Translations under genes and position numbers: made by a program
Source: an uncultured Candidatus Sumerlaeota bacterium
Lineage (GTDB): Bacteria > Sumerlaeota > Sumerlaeia > MVZB01 > JAJFLK01
Direction of reading: 5' to 3'
Assembly (NCBI GenBank): GCA_964463045.1
Contig: CAYXAU010000013.1
Location: 2,188-66,187 of the forward strand
Length of the DNA: 64,000 nucleotides
Shown here: positions 38,063-47,704 of the stretch, piece after piece
Position numbering within the stretch: the first letter of the stretch is position 1
Layout: the number at the start of each line of letters is the position of its first letter
Notes under the pieces: model-generated
What the model was told of the DNA's origin: nothing
Database searches by the model: none
Seen by the model: only the letters and a program-made list of their open reading frames with translations

Positions 38063-38368
38063 TCAATCGCGCAGCATGATCATCCGGTCGGCGTCGATGT
38101 GTTCTCTTTCGTGAAAAACCTTGATGAAGAGGGCCAGGCCGATGCCGGCTTCGGCGGCCGCCACGGTGACGACGAAGATGAAGATGGCGAACCCGTCGGG
38201 GTGGCCCTGGGCCTGAGCGAGCGTGACGAAGGCCAGGTTGCAGGCGTTGAGCATCAGTTCGAGACAGAGGAAGACGGCGATGGCGTTCTGCTTCCAGAGG
38301 ACGCCGAAGGCCCCCAGAGCGAAGATCATGGCGGCCAGCAGCAAATTGCCCTGGTAGAAGAAACTCAC
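38063..38368 (-). CDS. nuoK: NADH-quinone oxidoreductase subunit K
   Basis: LCLELMLNACNL, VAAAEAGIGLAL; GTG overlaps the nuoJ stop. Confidence 0.93.
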   Translation of the reverse strand: MSFFYQGNLLLAAMIFALGAFGVLWKQNAIAVFLCLELMLNACNLAFVTLAQAQGHPDGFAIFIFVVTVAAAEAGIGLALFIKVFHEREHIDADRMIMLRD

Positions 38369-38907
38369 GGCCGGCCTCCGGGAGGTTGCGGCTCCGGCGG
38401 CCCATCGGCCGACGAACGGCGGCCGGCCAGGGCGAGGGCGCCGATCACGGCCACGAGGAGCATGACCGAGGTGAGCTCGAAGGCGTAGAGATAGCGGGTC
38501 AAGAGGGCGAGCGCGATCCGGCCGATGGGGATGAGCGGAGGGGGGGTCTCGGGGAAGGCGGCTTCGGCGCCGAAGCGGGCCATGAGCGCGGCGGCCTGAA
38601 CGGCCAGCGCCAGGCCGAAGACGACGCCCGCCCGGCGGATCGAACGGGTGCTCACGGGCAGCTCGCCCGCCCGGCCGATGTTCAAGAGCATGATCACGAA
38701 GAGGAAGAGGACCATGATGGCCCCGGCATAGACGAGAATCTGGAAGACGGCCGCCCATTGAGCGTTGATCAGGATGAAAAGGCCGGCGAGCGCGACCATC
38801 GTGAGGATCAGGAACAGGGCCCCATGAACGGGGTGCCGCGAGAAGACGACGAGGACGGCGCTCACGAGCGCGAGGACGAAAAAGAGGCTGTAGGTCAACT
38901 CGGCCAT
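38365..38907 (-). CDS. nuoJ: NADH-quinone oxidoreductase subunit J
   Basis: HPVHGALFL, QILVYAGAIMVLFLFVIMLL, FELTSVMLLVA. Confidence 0.93.
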   Translation of the reverse strand: MAELTYSLFFVLALVSAVLVVFSRHPVHGALFLILTMVALAGLFILINAQWAAVFQILVYAGAIMVLFLFVIMLLNIGRAGELPVSTRSIRRAGVVFGLALAVQAAALMARFGAEAAFPETPPPLIPIGRIALALLTRYLYAFELTSVMLLVAVIGALALAGRRSSADGPPEPQPPGGRP

Positions 38908-38938
38908 CGGCGTTCTGGGGCGGGCCGGCGCGCGGCCT

Positions 38939-39406
38939 TTACAGAGGAAAGTTCGGTCGCAAATCCGGCGGGCGGCCGAAGCCCCACTCGGGGGGATCGA
39001 GCATGTCCTCCTTGTCGGCGACGAGCCCCTGACGCGAGTAATCGGCCATCTCGAAGTCCGGGCCCATGACGATGGCGTCTTCCGGGCAGGCTTCCTCGCA
39101 ATAGCCGCACCAGATGCAGCGCAACAGGTGAATCTGATAAACGGCGGCGTAGCGCTCGCCGGCCGAAACCGGGGCCGCCGGGTCGTTCTCCTTGGCTTCG
39201 AGGTAAATCGCCTCCGACGGGCAGGCCGCCGCGCACAAAGCGCAGCCGACGCACCGCTCCAGGCCGTTCTCGTAACGCTGGAGGCGGTGCCGCCCCCGGA
39301 AATTGGGCGGCTGAGGGCGCCGGACCTCCGGGTATTCGATCGTGATCGGCCGGCCGAAGGCCCGCTTCAAGGTGACGGCGAATCCGCGGGCCAGATCAAG
39401 CAACAT
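38939..39406 (-). CDS. nuoI: NADH-quinone oxidoreductase subunit I
   Basis: FRGRH, CVGCALCAAACP, CIWCGYCEEACP. Confidence 0.95.
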   Translation of the reverse strand: MLLDLARGFAVTLKRAFGRPITIEYPEVRRPQPPNFRGRHRLQRYENGLERCVGCALCAAACPSEAIYLEAKENDPAAPVSAGERYAAVYQIHLLRCIWCGYCEEACPEDAIVMGPDFEMADYSRQGLVADKEDMLDPPEWGFGRPPDLRPNFPL

Positions 39407-40613
39407 GACCGAGCGCCCGCCTTTTCATGGCATTGGCCAACGCATCGACGACGACGATCAGGGCCAGACCCGAAACGAAAAGCAGGAGGCCCCGCCCGGG
39501 CACGTCGGCCGCCAACACGGCCGCCGTCAGCATCAGGTTGGCCATCGCCACCGGAAACATCCACTTCCAGCCCAGGTTCATGAGCTGATCGTAGCGCAGC
39601 CGGGGAAGCGTCCCGCGGACCAGGACGAAGAAGAAGAAGATGAGCCCAAGCTTCAAGGAGAACCAGAAAAGCCCCGACAAGGCCGCGATCGGCCAGGGGA
39701 GGCCCGGCAGCCCGATCGGGCCGTGATAGCCGCCGAGAAAAACGGTGGCCAGGATGGCCGAGAAAGTCAGCACGTTCATGTATTCGGCCATCATGAACAT
39801 CGCCCAGCGCAGCGAACTGTATTCGGTGTGGAAGCCCGCCCCCAGTTCGGATTCCCCTTCGGGCAGGTCGAAGGGGAGCCGATTGGTCTCGGCGAAACCG
39901 GCCACCAGGAACAGGAGAAACCCCACGGGCTGCCGCCAGAGATGCCAGGCCCAGAGGCCGTCGGCCTGGGAAGCCAGAATCTCGCGCATGTTGAAGGAGC
40001 CGACAATCAGCAGCACGCCCACCAGCGAAAGCCCGAGCGTCAACTCGTAACTGACCAGTTGCGCCGAGGAGCGCAGGCCCCCCAGCAGGGCGTACTTGCT
40101 GTTGGAGGCCCACCCGGCAAGCACGATGCCATAGACGCCGATCGAGGTCATCGCCATGTAAAACAACAGGCCGACGGGAAGATCGGTCAGGCCGAGGGCG
40201 ATCGTTCGGGTCTGCCCGCCGAGCGTGACCTCGATCTCGGGGCCAAACGGGATGATGGTGAACGTCAGGGCCGCCGGCAGGAGCCCCACGGCGGGGGCCA
40301 GAAGGAAGATCAGGCGATCGGCCTTGGGGGGAATGAAATCCTCCTTGAGCAACAACTTGATGCCGTCGATCAGCGTCTGCAGCTCGCCGTTGCGGAACCA
40401 GCGCTGGGGAAGCCGCGGGACGGGGCCCTCGCGTCCGGCGCCGGTCAGGTCCCGGAACAACGCATAAAGCCCCACCCGATTCGGGCCCGGCCGTTCTTGG
40501 ATGCGCCCGATCCACTTGCGCTCGAGCAGCACCATGATGGGCGTGGAAAGGATGAGGGCCACGAAGACGACCAGCACCTTGAGGACGAGGAGCGTCCAGT
40601 CGATCGCGTCCAT
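39396..40613 (-). CDS. nuoH: NADH-quinone oxidoreductase subunit H
   Basis: ERK..GRIQ.R.GPNRVG, GWASNSKY..LGGLRS.AQ..SYE, AETNRLPFDLPEGESEL.AGF.TEYS; TGATG overlap with nuoG. Confidence 0.95.
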   Translation of the reverse strand: MDAIDWTLLVLKVLVVFVALILSTPIMVLLERKWIGRIQERPGPNRVGLYALFRDLTGAGREGPVPRLPQRWFRNGELQTLIDGIKLLLKEDFIPPKADRLIFLLAPAVGLLPAALTFTIIPFGPEIEVTLGGQTRTIALGLTDLPVGLLFYMAMTSIGVYGIVLAGWASNSKYALLGGLRSSAQLVSYELTLGLSLVGVLLIVGSFNMREILASQADGLWAWHLWRQPVGFLLFLVAGFAETNRLPFDLPEGESELGAGFHTEYSSLRWAMFMMAEYMNVLTFSAILATVFLGGYHGPIGLPGLPWPIAALSGLFWFSLKLGLIFFFFVLVRGTLPRLRYDQLMNLGWKWMFPVAMANLMLTAAVLAADVPGRGLLLFVSGLALIVVVDALANAMKRRALGHVA

Positions 40614-43174
40614 CAGGCTTGTGCCTCGATCCGTTGGAGGCTGATCGGCGGCAGGCCGCGCACGTCGTCCTCCAGCCGAAGGCCTAGGAGATTGGCCGCG
40701 CCGAAGGCCACGCCGGCCGGAAGGCTCGGGTTGATCGTCAGCGTGGCCTCGGGGGCCTCGGCGGCCAGGCGGACGGCGTCGCCCGGCTGGAGCGCGAGAC
40801 GCTCGACGTCCTCGACGTTGAGTTCGATCGTCGGCCGGGCTCTCAGCTCGACGAACCCTTCGGCCCGCGAGGTCAAATGATCGCGGCCTTCGATCGAGGA
40901 AATCCAGCAGAGACGCAGCGGATCGCCCCGCGGGGGCTCGACGGGCGGAACGGGGCCCAGGTCGGGCCGCTCCTCGCTTTGAAGCTTGAAATCGGGGCGC
41001 GTCGCGCGCCGCAGCCCGCTGAGCGGGCGTTGCGGCGCCTCGGGTCCGGGGCCGGGCAGCCGCAAATCCTCGATCGTGAAGCGTTGAGGGGGATTCCAGA
41101 AAGCCAGGAGCTCGGCAAAGACCTGACCCGCCGATTCGTAGCGCGGGCCGCCGCCAAGCCGATCGATCAGCTCGGCCACGAGCCGCCAATCCTCCTGCGC
41201 ATCGCCTGGAGCCGGGAAACCGCAACTCATGGCCTGAAGCGTTCCGTCGATCGAGGCCATCGTCCCTTCGGTCTCGAAGAAATCGGCCCCCGGAAGCACG
41301 ACGCCGGCCCGCTCCGTGATCCACGACGGGAAAAGATCGATCGCCACGACGCGGGGCGTGGCCGCAAGCGCCCGTTCGACCAGCTCCCGCTGGGGATGAT
41401 GAACGAGTTCATCGGCCCGATGCAGCAGCAGCGTCCGAATCTCGCCCCGGGCGGCCCGCCGGAGCAAATCCGGCCCGGTAACGCCCGCTGCGGGGAGCTC
41501 CTGGGTCGCTCCCCACAAGGCCGAGAGGCGCTGACGGCCCGCCGCCGAATCGGCCGGGCCGCCGGGCATGCGGTCGCTCTGGGCCCCGGCCGCGAAGGCG
41601 CCGCGGACGTTGCGCCCCTGGGCGATGGGCAGGAACCGCCAGCTCGGTCCGAGCCGACGCAGGAGGCGGAGCGCGGCCGGGACGAGCGCCGCGTTGAGCG
41701 CCCCGCCGGCAATTTCCAGGTCCAGGACGATCAGGCCCCCGGCGGCTGACGCCAGATGCTCGGCCACCGGGCCCGCCCCGTCGGAGCCGGGGGCTCGCCC
41801 GAGTTCGTTGAGCGTGGCCGCCAGCGCTTCAGGCGCAACGACGGCCGTCGTGGCGGCGACCCGGCTGAGCCACCCGTCGAGACGCGGCCCCAGAACAGCC
41901 AGACGGGTCCGGCCCAGGCGCGCCGCTTCCTTGAGCCTGAGCGCGACGATCGGAACGAGCGATTTGAGCTCCCCGCCGATCACGAACGTCGCCTCGTAGG
42001 CGCCCTCTTCCAGGAGAGCGAGATCGCCGTCGGCGGCTCGGAAGGCCTCCCCCGCCCAGCGAGCCGCGGCGGGAGCGACGAAGGCGTGCCGCCAATCGAC
42101 GTGAGGCGAGCCGAGGACCCCCCGGAACAGACGGGCCAGCAAATAGTAAGTTTCGTTCGTCAGGCGGGCCCCGGCGAGGCAGGCGACGGCCTCAGGGCCG
42201 ACGGCGGCGGCTTCGGCCAGCGCTTCGGCGGCGAGGTCAAGGGCGCGATCCAACGCCGCCGGCCGGCCCTGGCCGTCTTCACGCGCAAAGGCAGTCCTCA
42301 GCCGGTCCGGGCTGTTGATGTAATAGGCCCCAAAGCGGCCTTCGTTGCAGAGGAACTCCGTCGTGTCCTCGTCGATCGTATAGCCGCCGAGGTGGCGGCG
42401 GACGGGAGGCGTCAGGCGGTGCAGCACGCCGGCGCGAACCCAGGCCGTCGTGGGGCATCCCGCCGAGCACAACGGGCAGGTGGTCAAGACCGGCTTCAGC
42501 TCCCAGGGGCGGGATTTGAATCGCCAGGGCTTGCTCGTCAGGCACCCCACGGGGCAGATGTCGATGATGTTGCCGGAGAAGATGTCGGCGAGGGGCCCGT
42601 CGTCGAAGGTGCCGATGTAGTTGCGGTTGCCGCGGCCGAGAACGGCCAGGCGAGGCTGGCCGGCCACCTCGTCCATGAAACGGACGCAGCGGGTGCACAT
42701 GATGCACCGATTGCGCTCGATGTCGATCAGGGGGTCGAACTGGGGTTTGGGGAATCGGCGACGTTCTTCGACGGTTCGGGCGTGGCCGTCGCCGTATTCC
42801 ATGCTGTAGCGTTGGAGCATGCACTCGCCGCCGCGATCGCAGATGGGGCAATCCAGCGGATGATTGACCAGGAGGAACTCCATCATCCCTCGCCGGCAAT
42901 CCTCCACGAGCGGCCCCTCGGTGCGGATACGGAGCCCCTCGGCGCAGGTCATGTTGCAGGCGATCGCCGGGCGGGGCTGACCTTCGACCTCGACCAGGCA
43001 GAGCCGACAATTGCCGTCGACCGAGAGCGCCGGATGCCAGCAGTAATGCGGGACCGGGACGCCGTCGTCGAGCAGGGCCGCCAGCAGGTTCTTGCCGCGC
43101 GGGAATTTCCGTTCCTGACCGTTGACGGTGACGGCGACCATCTCAATCGGGCGGTGAGGGGTGGGCGGCGTCAT
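40613..43174 (-). CDS. nuoG: NADH-quinone oxidoreductase subunit G
   Basis: YCWHP.LS..GNCRLC, NHPLDCPICD.GGEC.LQ, CIMCTRCVRF, DICPVG, CPLCSAGC...LCNEGR (N7-type site). Confidence 0.93.
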   Translation of the reverse strand: MTPPTPHRPIEMVAVTVNGQERKFPRGKNLLAALLDDGVPVPHYCWHPALSVDGNCRLCLVEVEGQPRPAIACNMTCAEGLRIRTEGPLVEDCRRGMMEFLLVNHPLDCPICDRGGECMLQRYSMEYGDGHARTVEERRRFPKPQFDPLIDIERNRCIMCTRCVRFMDEVAGQPRLAVLGRGNRNYIGTFDDGPLADIFSGNIIDICPVGCLTSKPWRFKSRPWELKPVLTTCPLCSAGCPTTAWVRAGVLHRLTPPVRRHLGGYTIDEDTTEFLCNEGRFGAYYINSPDRLRTAFAREDGQGRPAALDRALDLAAEALAEAAAVGPEAVACLAGARLTNETYYLLARLFRGVLGSPHVDWRHAFVAPAAARWAGEAFRAADGDLALLEEGAYEATFVIGGELKSLVPIVALRLKEAARLGRTRLAVLGPRLDGWLSRVAATTAVVAPEALAATLNELGRAPGSDGAGPVAEHLASAAGGLIVLDLEIAGGALNAALVPAALRLLRRLGPSWRFLPIAQGRNVRGAFAAGAQSDRMPGGPADSAAGRQRLSALWGATQELPAAGVTGPDLLRRAARGEIRTLLLHRADELVHHPQRELVERALAATPRVVAIDLFPSWITERAGVVLPGADFFETEGTMASIDGTLQAMSCGFPAPGDAQEDWRLVAELIDRLGGGPRYESAGQVFAELLAFWNPPQRFTIEDLRLPGPGPEAPQRPLSGLRRATRPDFKLQSEERPDLGPVPPVEPPRGDPLRLCWISSIEGRDHLTSRAEGFVELRARPTIELNVEDVERLALQPGDAVRLAAEAPEATLTINPSLPAGVAFGAANLLGLRLEDDVRGLPPISLQRIEAQA

Positions 43175-43187
43175 CGGGGCGGGGGGA

Positions 43188-44495
43188 TCACTCCAGCTTG
43201 AGGTACGGCTTTTCGAAAGGGCAGCCGCCGTGGTCGGCGTGGGCCAGGAATTCGTCCCGAAAGCGGGGGATCGTGCGGACAAGGCTCGCCGTGGCGAATT
43301 CCCCCAGGGCGCAGATGGACCGGCCGGCGATCTTGCCGCAGATGTCCAGAAGCAGATCGACGTCTTCGCGCCGCCCGCCGCCGTGCTCCAGCCGGCGCAG
43401 AATCCGATGCATCCAGCCCGTCCCTTCGCGGCAGGGGGTGCACTGGCCGCAGGATTCATCCCAGTAAAAGTGCATCAGGTTGAGCGCCGCCCAGACCATG
43501 CAGACGGTCTCGTCCATGACGATCACCCCGGGGGCGCCCAGGAAGGTTCCATGTTCGCGCGGGGCCTCGTAGTCCATGGTCACGTCGAGTTCATCCTCGA
43601 AGAGCATCGGGACGGAGCTGCCGCCGGGGAAGGCCGCCTTGAAGCGACGGCCGTCCCGGATGCCGCCGGCCATGTCATAGATCAGCGTGCGAAGGGGGAT
43701 CCCCAGCGGCGCCTCGTAATTGCCCGGCCGCGCGACGTGGCCGCTGATGGAAAACAGCTTCGGCCCCGGCGATTTCGGCGTCCCGATCGAGCGGAACCAT
43801 TCCACCCCTCTCTGAAAGATGAGCGCCGCCAGCGCCAGCGTCTCGACGTTGTTGACGACCGTCGGGCGGCCGTAAAGCCCCTCCACGGCCGGAAACGGCG
43901 GTCGCAGACGCGGATAGCCCCGTTTGCCCTCGATCGATTCCAGCAGGGCCGTCTCTTCGCCGCAGATATAGGCTCCCGCCCCGACGTGGACGTAAACGTC
44001 GAGGCTGAACGTGGAACCGAGGATGTTGCGCCCCAGGAGACCCGCCGCATAGGCCTCGGCGATCGCCCGCTCCACCTGCCGGACGGCCTCATGATACTCG
44101 CCGCGAATGTAGACGTAGGCGGTCTCAGCGCCGACGGCGTAAGCGCAGATGGACGTCCCTTCGAGAAGGAGATGCGGCCGCTGTTCGAGGATCGGGCGGT
44201 TGTTGAACGTGCCGGGCTCGCTTTCGTCGGCGTTGACGCAGACGTAGTGCGGGCCGCGCTTCTCCTTGGGGACGAAGTCCCACTTGACGCCGGCGGGGAA
44301 GCCCGCCCCGCCCCGGCCTCGCAGGCCCGAGGCCTTGACGAGCGCGATCACTTGCGCCGGCGCGTGCTCCCGGAGGACCTTTTCCAGCCCAGCATAGCCG
44401 CCGTCGGCCCGGTATTCGGCGAGGGCCTCCGTCCAGCCGTCCCGACAGACGCCCGTCATGCCGCGGCTGAGAAGGGGCTCGTAGGCCGGGGTCAC
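43188..44495 (-). CDS. nuoF: NADH-quinone oxidoreductase subunit F
   Basis: SGLRGRGGAGF, NADESEPG, GAGAYICGEET, ESCGQCTPCREG, ICALG. Confidence 0.95.
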   Translation of the reverse strand: MTPAYEPLLSRGMTGVCRDGWTEALAEYRADGGYAGLEKVLREHAPAQVIALVKASGLRGRGGAGFPAGVKWDFVPKEKRGPHYVCVNADESEPGTFNNRPILEQRPHLLLEGTSICAYAVGAETAYVYIRGEYHEAVRQVERAIAEAYAAGLLGRNILGSTFSLDVYVHVGAGAYICGEETALLESIEGKRGYPRLRPPFPAVEGLYGRPTVVNNVETLALAALIFQRGVEWFRSIGTPKSPGPKLFSISGHVARPGNYEAPLGIPLRTLIYDMAGGIRDGRRFKAAFPGGSSVPMLFEDELDVTMDYEAPREHGTFLGAPGVIVMDETVCMVWAALNLMHFYWDESCGQCTPCREGTGWMHRILRRLEHGGGRREDVDLLLDICGKIAGRSICALGEFATASLVRTIPRFRDEFLAHADHGGCPFEKPYLKLE

Positions 44496-44626
44496 GGCGT
44501 GAGGCTCCCAGAAGGCCGGAGGTCCAAGAGCGCCCCCGAAGACGCCCCTACGCGAAGACGGGCGGGCTCTTGCCGTTCCACGCCCAAACCTCGCTTTGGT
44601 GTCTTCGCGACCTGGGGGTTGATCAT
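44492..44626 (-). CDS. Small ORF (44 aa) between nuoE and nuoF, derived from a family A repeat
   Basis: GGAG RBS before the ATG at 44626; stop overlaps the nuoF GTG (GTGA); MINPQVAKTPKRGLG... Confidence 0.45.
   Translation of the reverse strand: MINPQVAKTPKRGLGVERQEPARLRVGASSGALLDLRPSGSLTP
44524..44626. repeat. Palindromic element, family A, inside the nuo operon
   Basis: Minus strand ATCAACCCCCAGGTCGCGAAGACACCAAAG closely matches TTGAACCACCAAGAGACGAAGACACCAAG at 32840; opposite arm CCCCCGAAGACGCCCCTACGCGAAGAC. Confidence 0.65.
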
Positions 44627-44639
44627 TCTCCTGCCTTCT

Positions 44640-45149
44640 TCATGTGCCGCGGCGGCAACGCTCGATCCACTCATCGACGCGTTGGCGCGTCAAACGGCAG
44701 GCGAGCGTCCGATTGACCAGCATGAGCGGGGCCTCGCTGCAAGCGCCCAGGCATTCGACCCGTTTGATCGTGAAAAGGCCGTCCGGGGTGATTTCATCGA
44801 TGCCGACGCCGAGGCGCTCTTGAAGATAGGCCAGCAGGCCGGCGGCGCCGCAGAGCGCGCAAGGCAGCGTGCCACAGACGGCGAGCACGTGGCGCCCGAC
44901 CGGCCGGCGATGATACATCGTGTAAAACGTGACCATCTCCTCGACCTGGCTCGGGAGCATGTGACAAATCTCGGCCACTTCCTCCATGGCCGCCGGCGAG
45001 ACCCATCCGTCGTCCTCCTGCACCATGTACAGGATGTCCATGACGGCCGACCGGCGCGTGGGATATTTGCGCAACGCCGCGTCGATGTCGGCCGCGCGGC
45101 GGATTTTGAGGGGGGGGCGCGCGCCCGTCGTCGAGGTCGGGCCGCTCAT
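44640..45149 (-). CDS. nuoE: NADH-quinone oxidoreductase subunit E
   Basis: TFYTMY, VCGTLPC.LCG, VECLGACSEAP. Confidence 0.93.
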   Translation of the reverse strand: MSGPTSTTGARPPLKIRRAADIDAALRKYPTRRSAVMDILYMVQEDDGWVSPAAMEEVAEICHMLPSQVEEMVTFYTMYHRRPVGRHVLAVCGTLPCALCGAAGLLAYLQERLGVGIDEITPDGLFTIKRVECLGACSEAPLMLVNRTLACRLTRQRVDEWIERCRRGT

Positions 45150-46372
45150 CGGTCAATTTCTCCCAGCACGAGATCGAGCGAGCCGATCACGGCCACCACG
45201 TCGGCGATGAGCGCCCCTTCGCACATTTTGGAGAGCGACTGAAGGTTGACGAAAGAGGGGCTTCGGATGTGAAGCCGGTAAGGCCGGGGGCCGCCGTCGG
45301 TGTAGATGTAAAAGGCCAATTCACCCTTGGAGCCTTCGATGGGCCGATAAACCTCGCCGGGAGGCGTTCGGAGGCCTTCGGAGGCGAGCAGGAAGTGATG
45401 GATCAGGTCCTCCATGCTCTCCTTGACGCGCTCACGCGCGGGAAAAAGAACCTTGGGGTTGTCGAGGTTGATGGGACCGTCCTTGGGCATTTGGTCCAGA
45501 CATTGCCGGACGATCCGGGCGCTTTCGAGCATTTCTTCCATCCGTACCTGAAAGCGCGCGTAGCAATCCCCCCCCTCGGCGGTAACGACGCGCCAATCCA
45601 GGCGGTCGTAAACCAGATACGGATCGGCGCGGCGGACGTCCAGGCCGACGCCGCTGGCCCGCAGCGAAGGGCCGGTCAGACACAAATCGAGGGCGTCCCG
45701 GGCGCTGATCTTCCCGACGCCGCGCGTGCGGTAAACGAAGATGTCGTTGGTCGTCAGCAGGTCGGCGTATTCCCGATGGCGGGCGGGGAATTCGTCGATA
45801 AAGGCCCGGACCCGATCCAGCCACCCTTCGGGATAATCCCGCTGGACGCCGCCGACGCGCATGTAGCTGACGGTGAACCGCGCCCCGCAGATTTCCTCAA
45901 AGAGGTCGTAGAGAGCCTCCCGCTCGCGGAACGTGTAAAGGAAAACCGTCACGGCGCCCAGTTCGAGGCCGTGGGTGCCGAGCCAGAGAAGGTGGCTGGA
46001 GATGCGGGCCAGCTCGCAGAGGATCGTCCGCACGTACTTGCAGCGCTCGGTTTCTTCAATGCCGAGAAGTTTCTCCACGGCCGCGACAAAGGCGTAGTTG
46101 TTGGCCATGGGGGAGAGATAGTCCAGCCGGTCCGTATAGGGGATGAACTGGTGGTAGGTCTTGACCTCGGCAATTTTTTCCTTGCCGCTGTGGAGATAAC
46201 CGATGTGCGGCTTGATCGAGAGGACTTTCTCGCCTTCCAGCTCCAGAACGAGCCGCAGGACGCCGTGCGTGGACGGATGCTGCGGGCCCATGTTCAGCGT
46301 CAAAATCTCGCCCGTCGGGTACTCGCGCACGACGGCCCGTCGCCCCGGAGATGTTTCGGCGGGGGAGCTCAC
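45146..46372 (-). CDS. nuoD: NADH-quinone oxidoreductase subunit D
   Basis: LNMGPQHPSTHGVLRL, DRLDYL, ELARISSHL, GSLDLVLGEIDR. Confidence 0.95.
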   Translation of the reverse strand: MSSPAETSPGRRAVVREYPTGEILTLNMGPQHPSTHGVLRLVLELEGEKVLSIKPHIGYLHSGKEKIAEVKTYHQFIPYTDRLDYLSPMANNYAFVAAVEKLLGIEETERCKYVRTILCELARISSHLLWLGTHGLELGAVTVFLYTFREREALYDLFEEICGARFTVSYMRVGGVQRDYPEGWLDRVRAFIDEFPARHREYADLLTTNDIFVYRTRGVGKISARDALDLCLTGPSLRASGVGLDVRRADPYLVYDRLDWRVVTAEGGDCYARFQVRMEEMLESARIVRQCLDQMPKDGPINLDNPKVLFPARERVKESMEDLIHHFLLASEGLRTPPGEVYRPIEGSKGELAFYIYTDGGPRPYRLHIRSPSFVNLQSLSKMCEGALIADVVAVIGSLDLVLGEIDR

Positions 46373-46560
46373 GCTGCCGTTTTCACCCTCCTGAGGGCCG
46401 CCCTCGGGTTGGCGGCGTCGAGCGGGGTGGGTGTCCGTTGATTGGCCACGCCGGGGTTAGGTTGTGGCGTGAGGAGGCTCGCGCCAGCGGCATAGGCACG
46501 TCGTGGCGGAGGCTCCGTCGGGTCGGCTCAGATCGAGGCGGAGGGTCGGGGGATCGAGCT

Positions 46561-47133
46561 TCAGATGTCGCCCTCCTGGACGCGGATGCGCGGGACGAGG
46601 TCGTCGGGTTCGCCGGTGTATTCGCCCGTGGCGTGCTTGTAATAGAAGCTGGGGCTGCCGCCGATGGGGAAGTCCTTCCGAAGGGGGTGACCCTGCCAGT
46701 TCTCGGGCATGAGGATGCGTTCGAGGTTCGGATGCCCCGGGAACTCGATCCCGAACATGTCATAGACTTCCCGTTCCATGAAATTGGCCCCCGACCACAG
46801 CTCGCAGACCGAATCGATCGCCGGCTCATCGGCCTCGACGGGGGCCTTCAGCCGCAGCCGGTGGCCGTGCTCCAGCGAGTAAAGTTGGTAAACGACGTCG
46901 AACCGGGGCCGCCGGGCCAGAAGCAGATGGTCAATGGCCGTGATCGTCGAGAGCATGTTCAGGCTCAGCGCGGGCTCGGCGGCGAGCGCCCGCAAGGCGG
47001 CGACGATCCCCCGCTTATCGACCGTGAACATGACTTCGTCGGCGGAGATTTCCTCCGCCAGGATCAGCGTCGGGTCGATCGCCCGGAGCGTCCGGCGGAC
47101 GGCGGCCTTAAGCTCGGGTGCCGGTAACCGCAT
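46561..47133 (-). CDS. nuoC: NADH-quinone oxidoreductase subunit C
   Basis: ANFMEREVYDMFGIEF.GHPNL.RILMPE.W.GHPLRKDFP. Confidence 0.95.
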   Translation of the reverse strand: MRLPAPELKAAVRRTLRAIDPTLILAEEISADEVMFTVDKRGIVAALRALAAEPALSLNMLSTITAIDHLLLARRPRFDVVYQLYSLEHGHRLRLKAPVEADEPAIDSVCELWSGANFMEREVYDMFGIEFPGHPNLERILMPENWQGHPLRKDFPIGGSPSFYYKHATGEYTGEPDDLVPRIRVQEGDI

Positions 47134-47164
47134 CAGCCGCGCCTTTCGGGGAGCGCCGCCGGCC

Positions 47165-47704
47165 TCATCGCCACGCCTGGCGCGAGTGCTCGATCTTGCG
47201 CTGGAGTTTCAGCAGGCCGTAGAGGAGGGCTTCGGGCCGCGGCGGGCAGCCGGGCACGTAGACGTCGACGGGGACGATCTGATCGACCCCTTGCAGCACC
47301 GAGTAGATATTGTGCATCCCTCCGCAGGAGGCGCAGGCGCCCATGGCGATCACCCATTTGGGCTCGGTCATCTGGTCATAGACGCGCCGGACCACCGGGG
47401 CCATCTTCTTTGACACCCACCCGGCGACGATCAGCAGATCGGCCTGGCGCGGCGAGGCGCGGAACACTTCGGCCCCGAACCGAGCCAGGTCGTAACGCGC
47501 GGCCGCCGTGGCCATCATCTCGATCGCGCAGCAAGCCAGCCCCATCGTCACCGGCCAGAGCGCGTTCTGCCGGCACCAGCCGATGACTTCATCCAACGTC
47601 CGCGCCAAGGCCCCGTCGTATTCGGCCGGGCGCAGTTTATCGGCGCCGGCCAGCTCGGCTTCGACGCGCCACGGCGGACGGCTCGCCTTCTCGCTCAGGA
47701 CCAC
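47165..47704 (-). CDS. nuoB: NADH-quinone oxidoreductase subunit B
   Basis: [39 protein letters not shown]; GTG overlaps the nuoA end. Confidence 0.95.
   Translation of the reverse strand: MVLSEKASRPPWRVEAELAGADKLRPAEYDGALARTLDEVIGWCRQNALWPVTMGLACCAIEMMATAAARYDLARFGAEVFRASPRQADLLIVAGWVSKKMAPVVRRVYDQMTEPKWVIAMGACASCGGMHNIYSVLQGVDQIVPVDVYVPGCPPRPEALLYGLLKLQRKIEHSRQAWR

Noticed and set aside
46373-46560. 188-bp nuoC-nuoD gap with a possible 36-aa ORF (46383-46493) and short palindrome GGCGGAG-G-CTCCGTC
   Set aside because: No SD for the ORF, low-complexity product, and no second copy of the palindrome recognised in the window.
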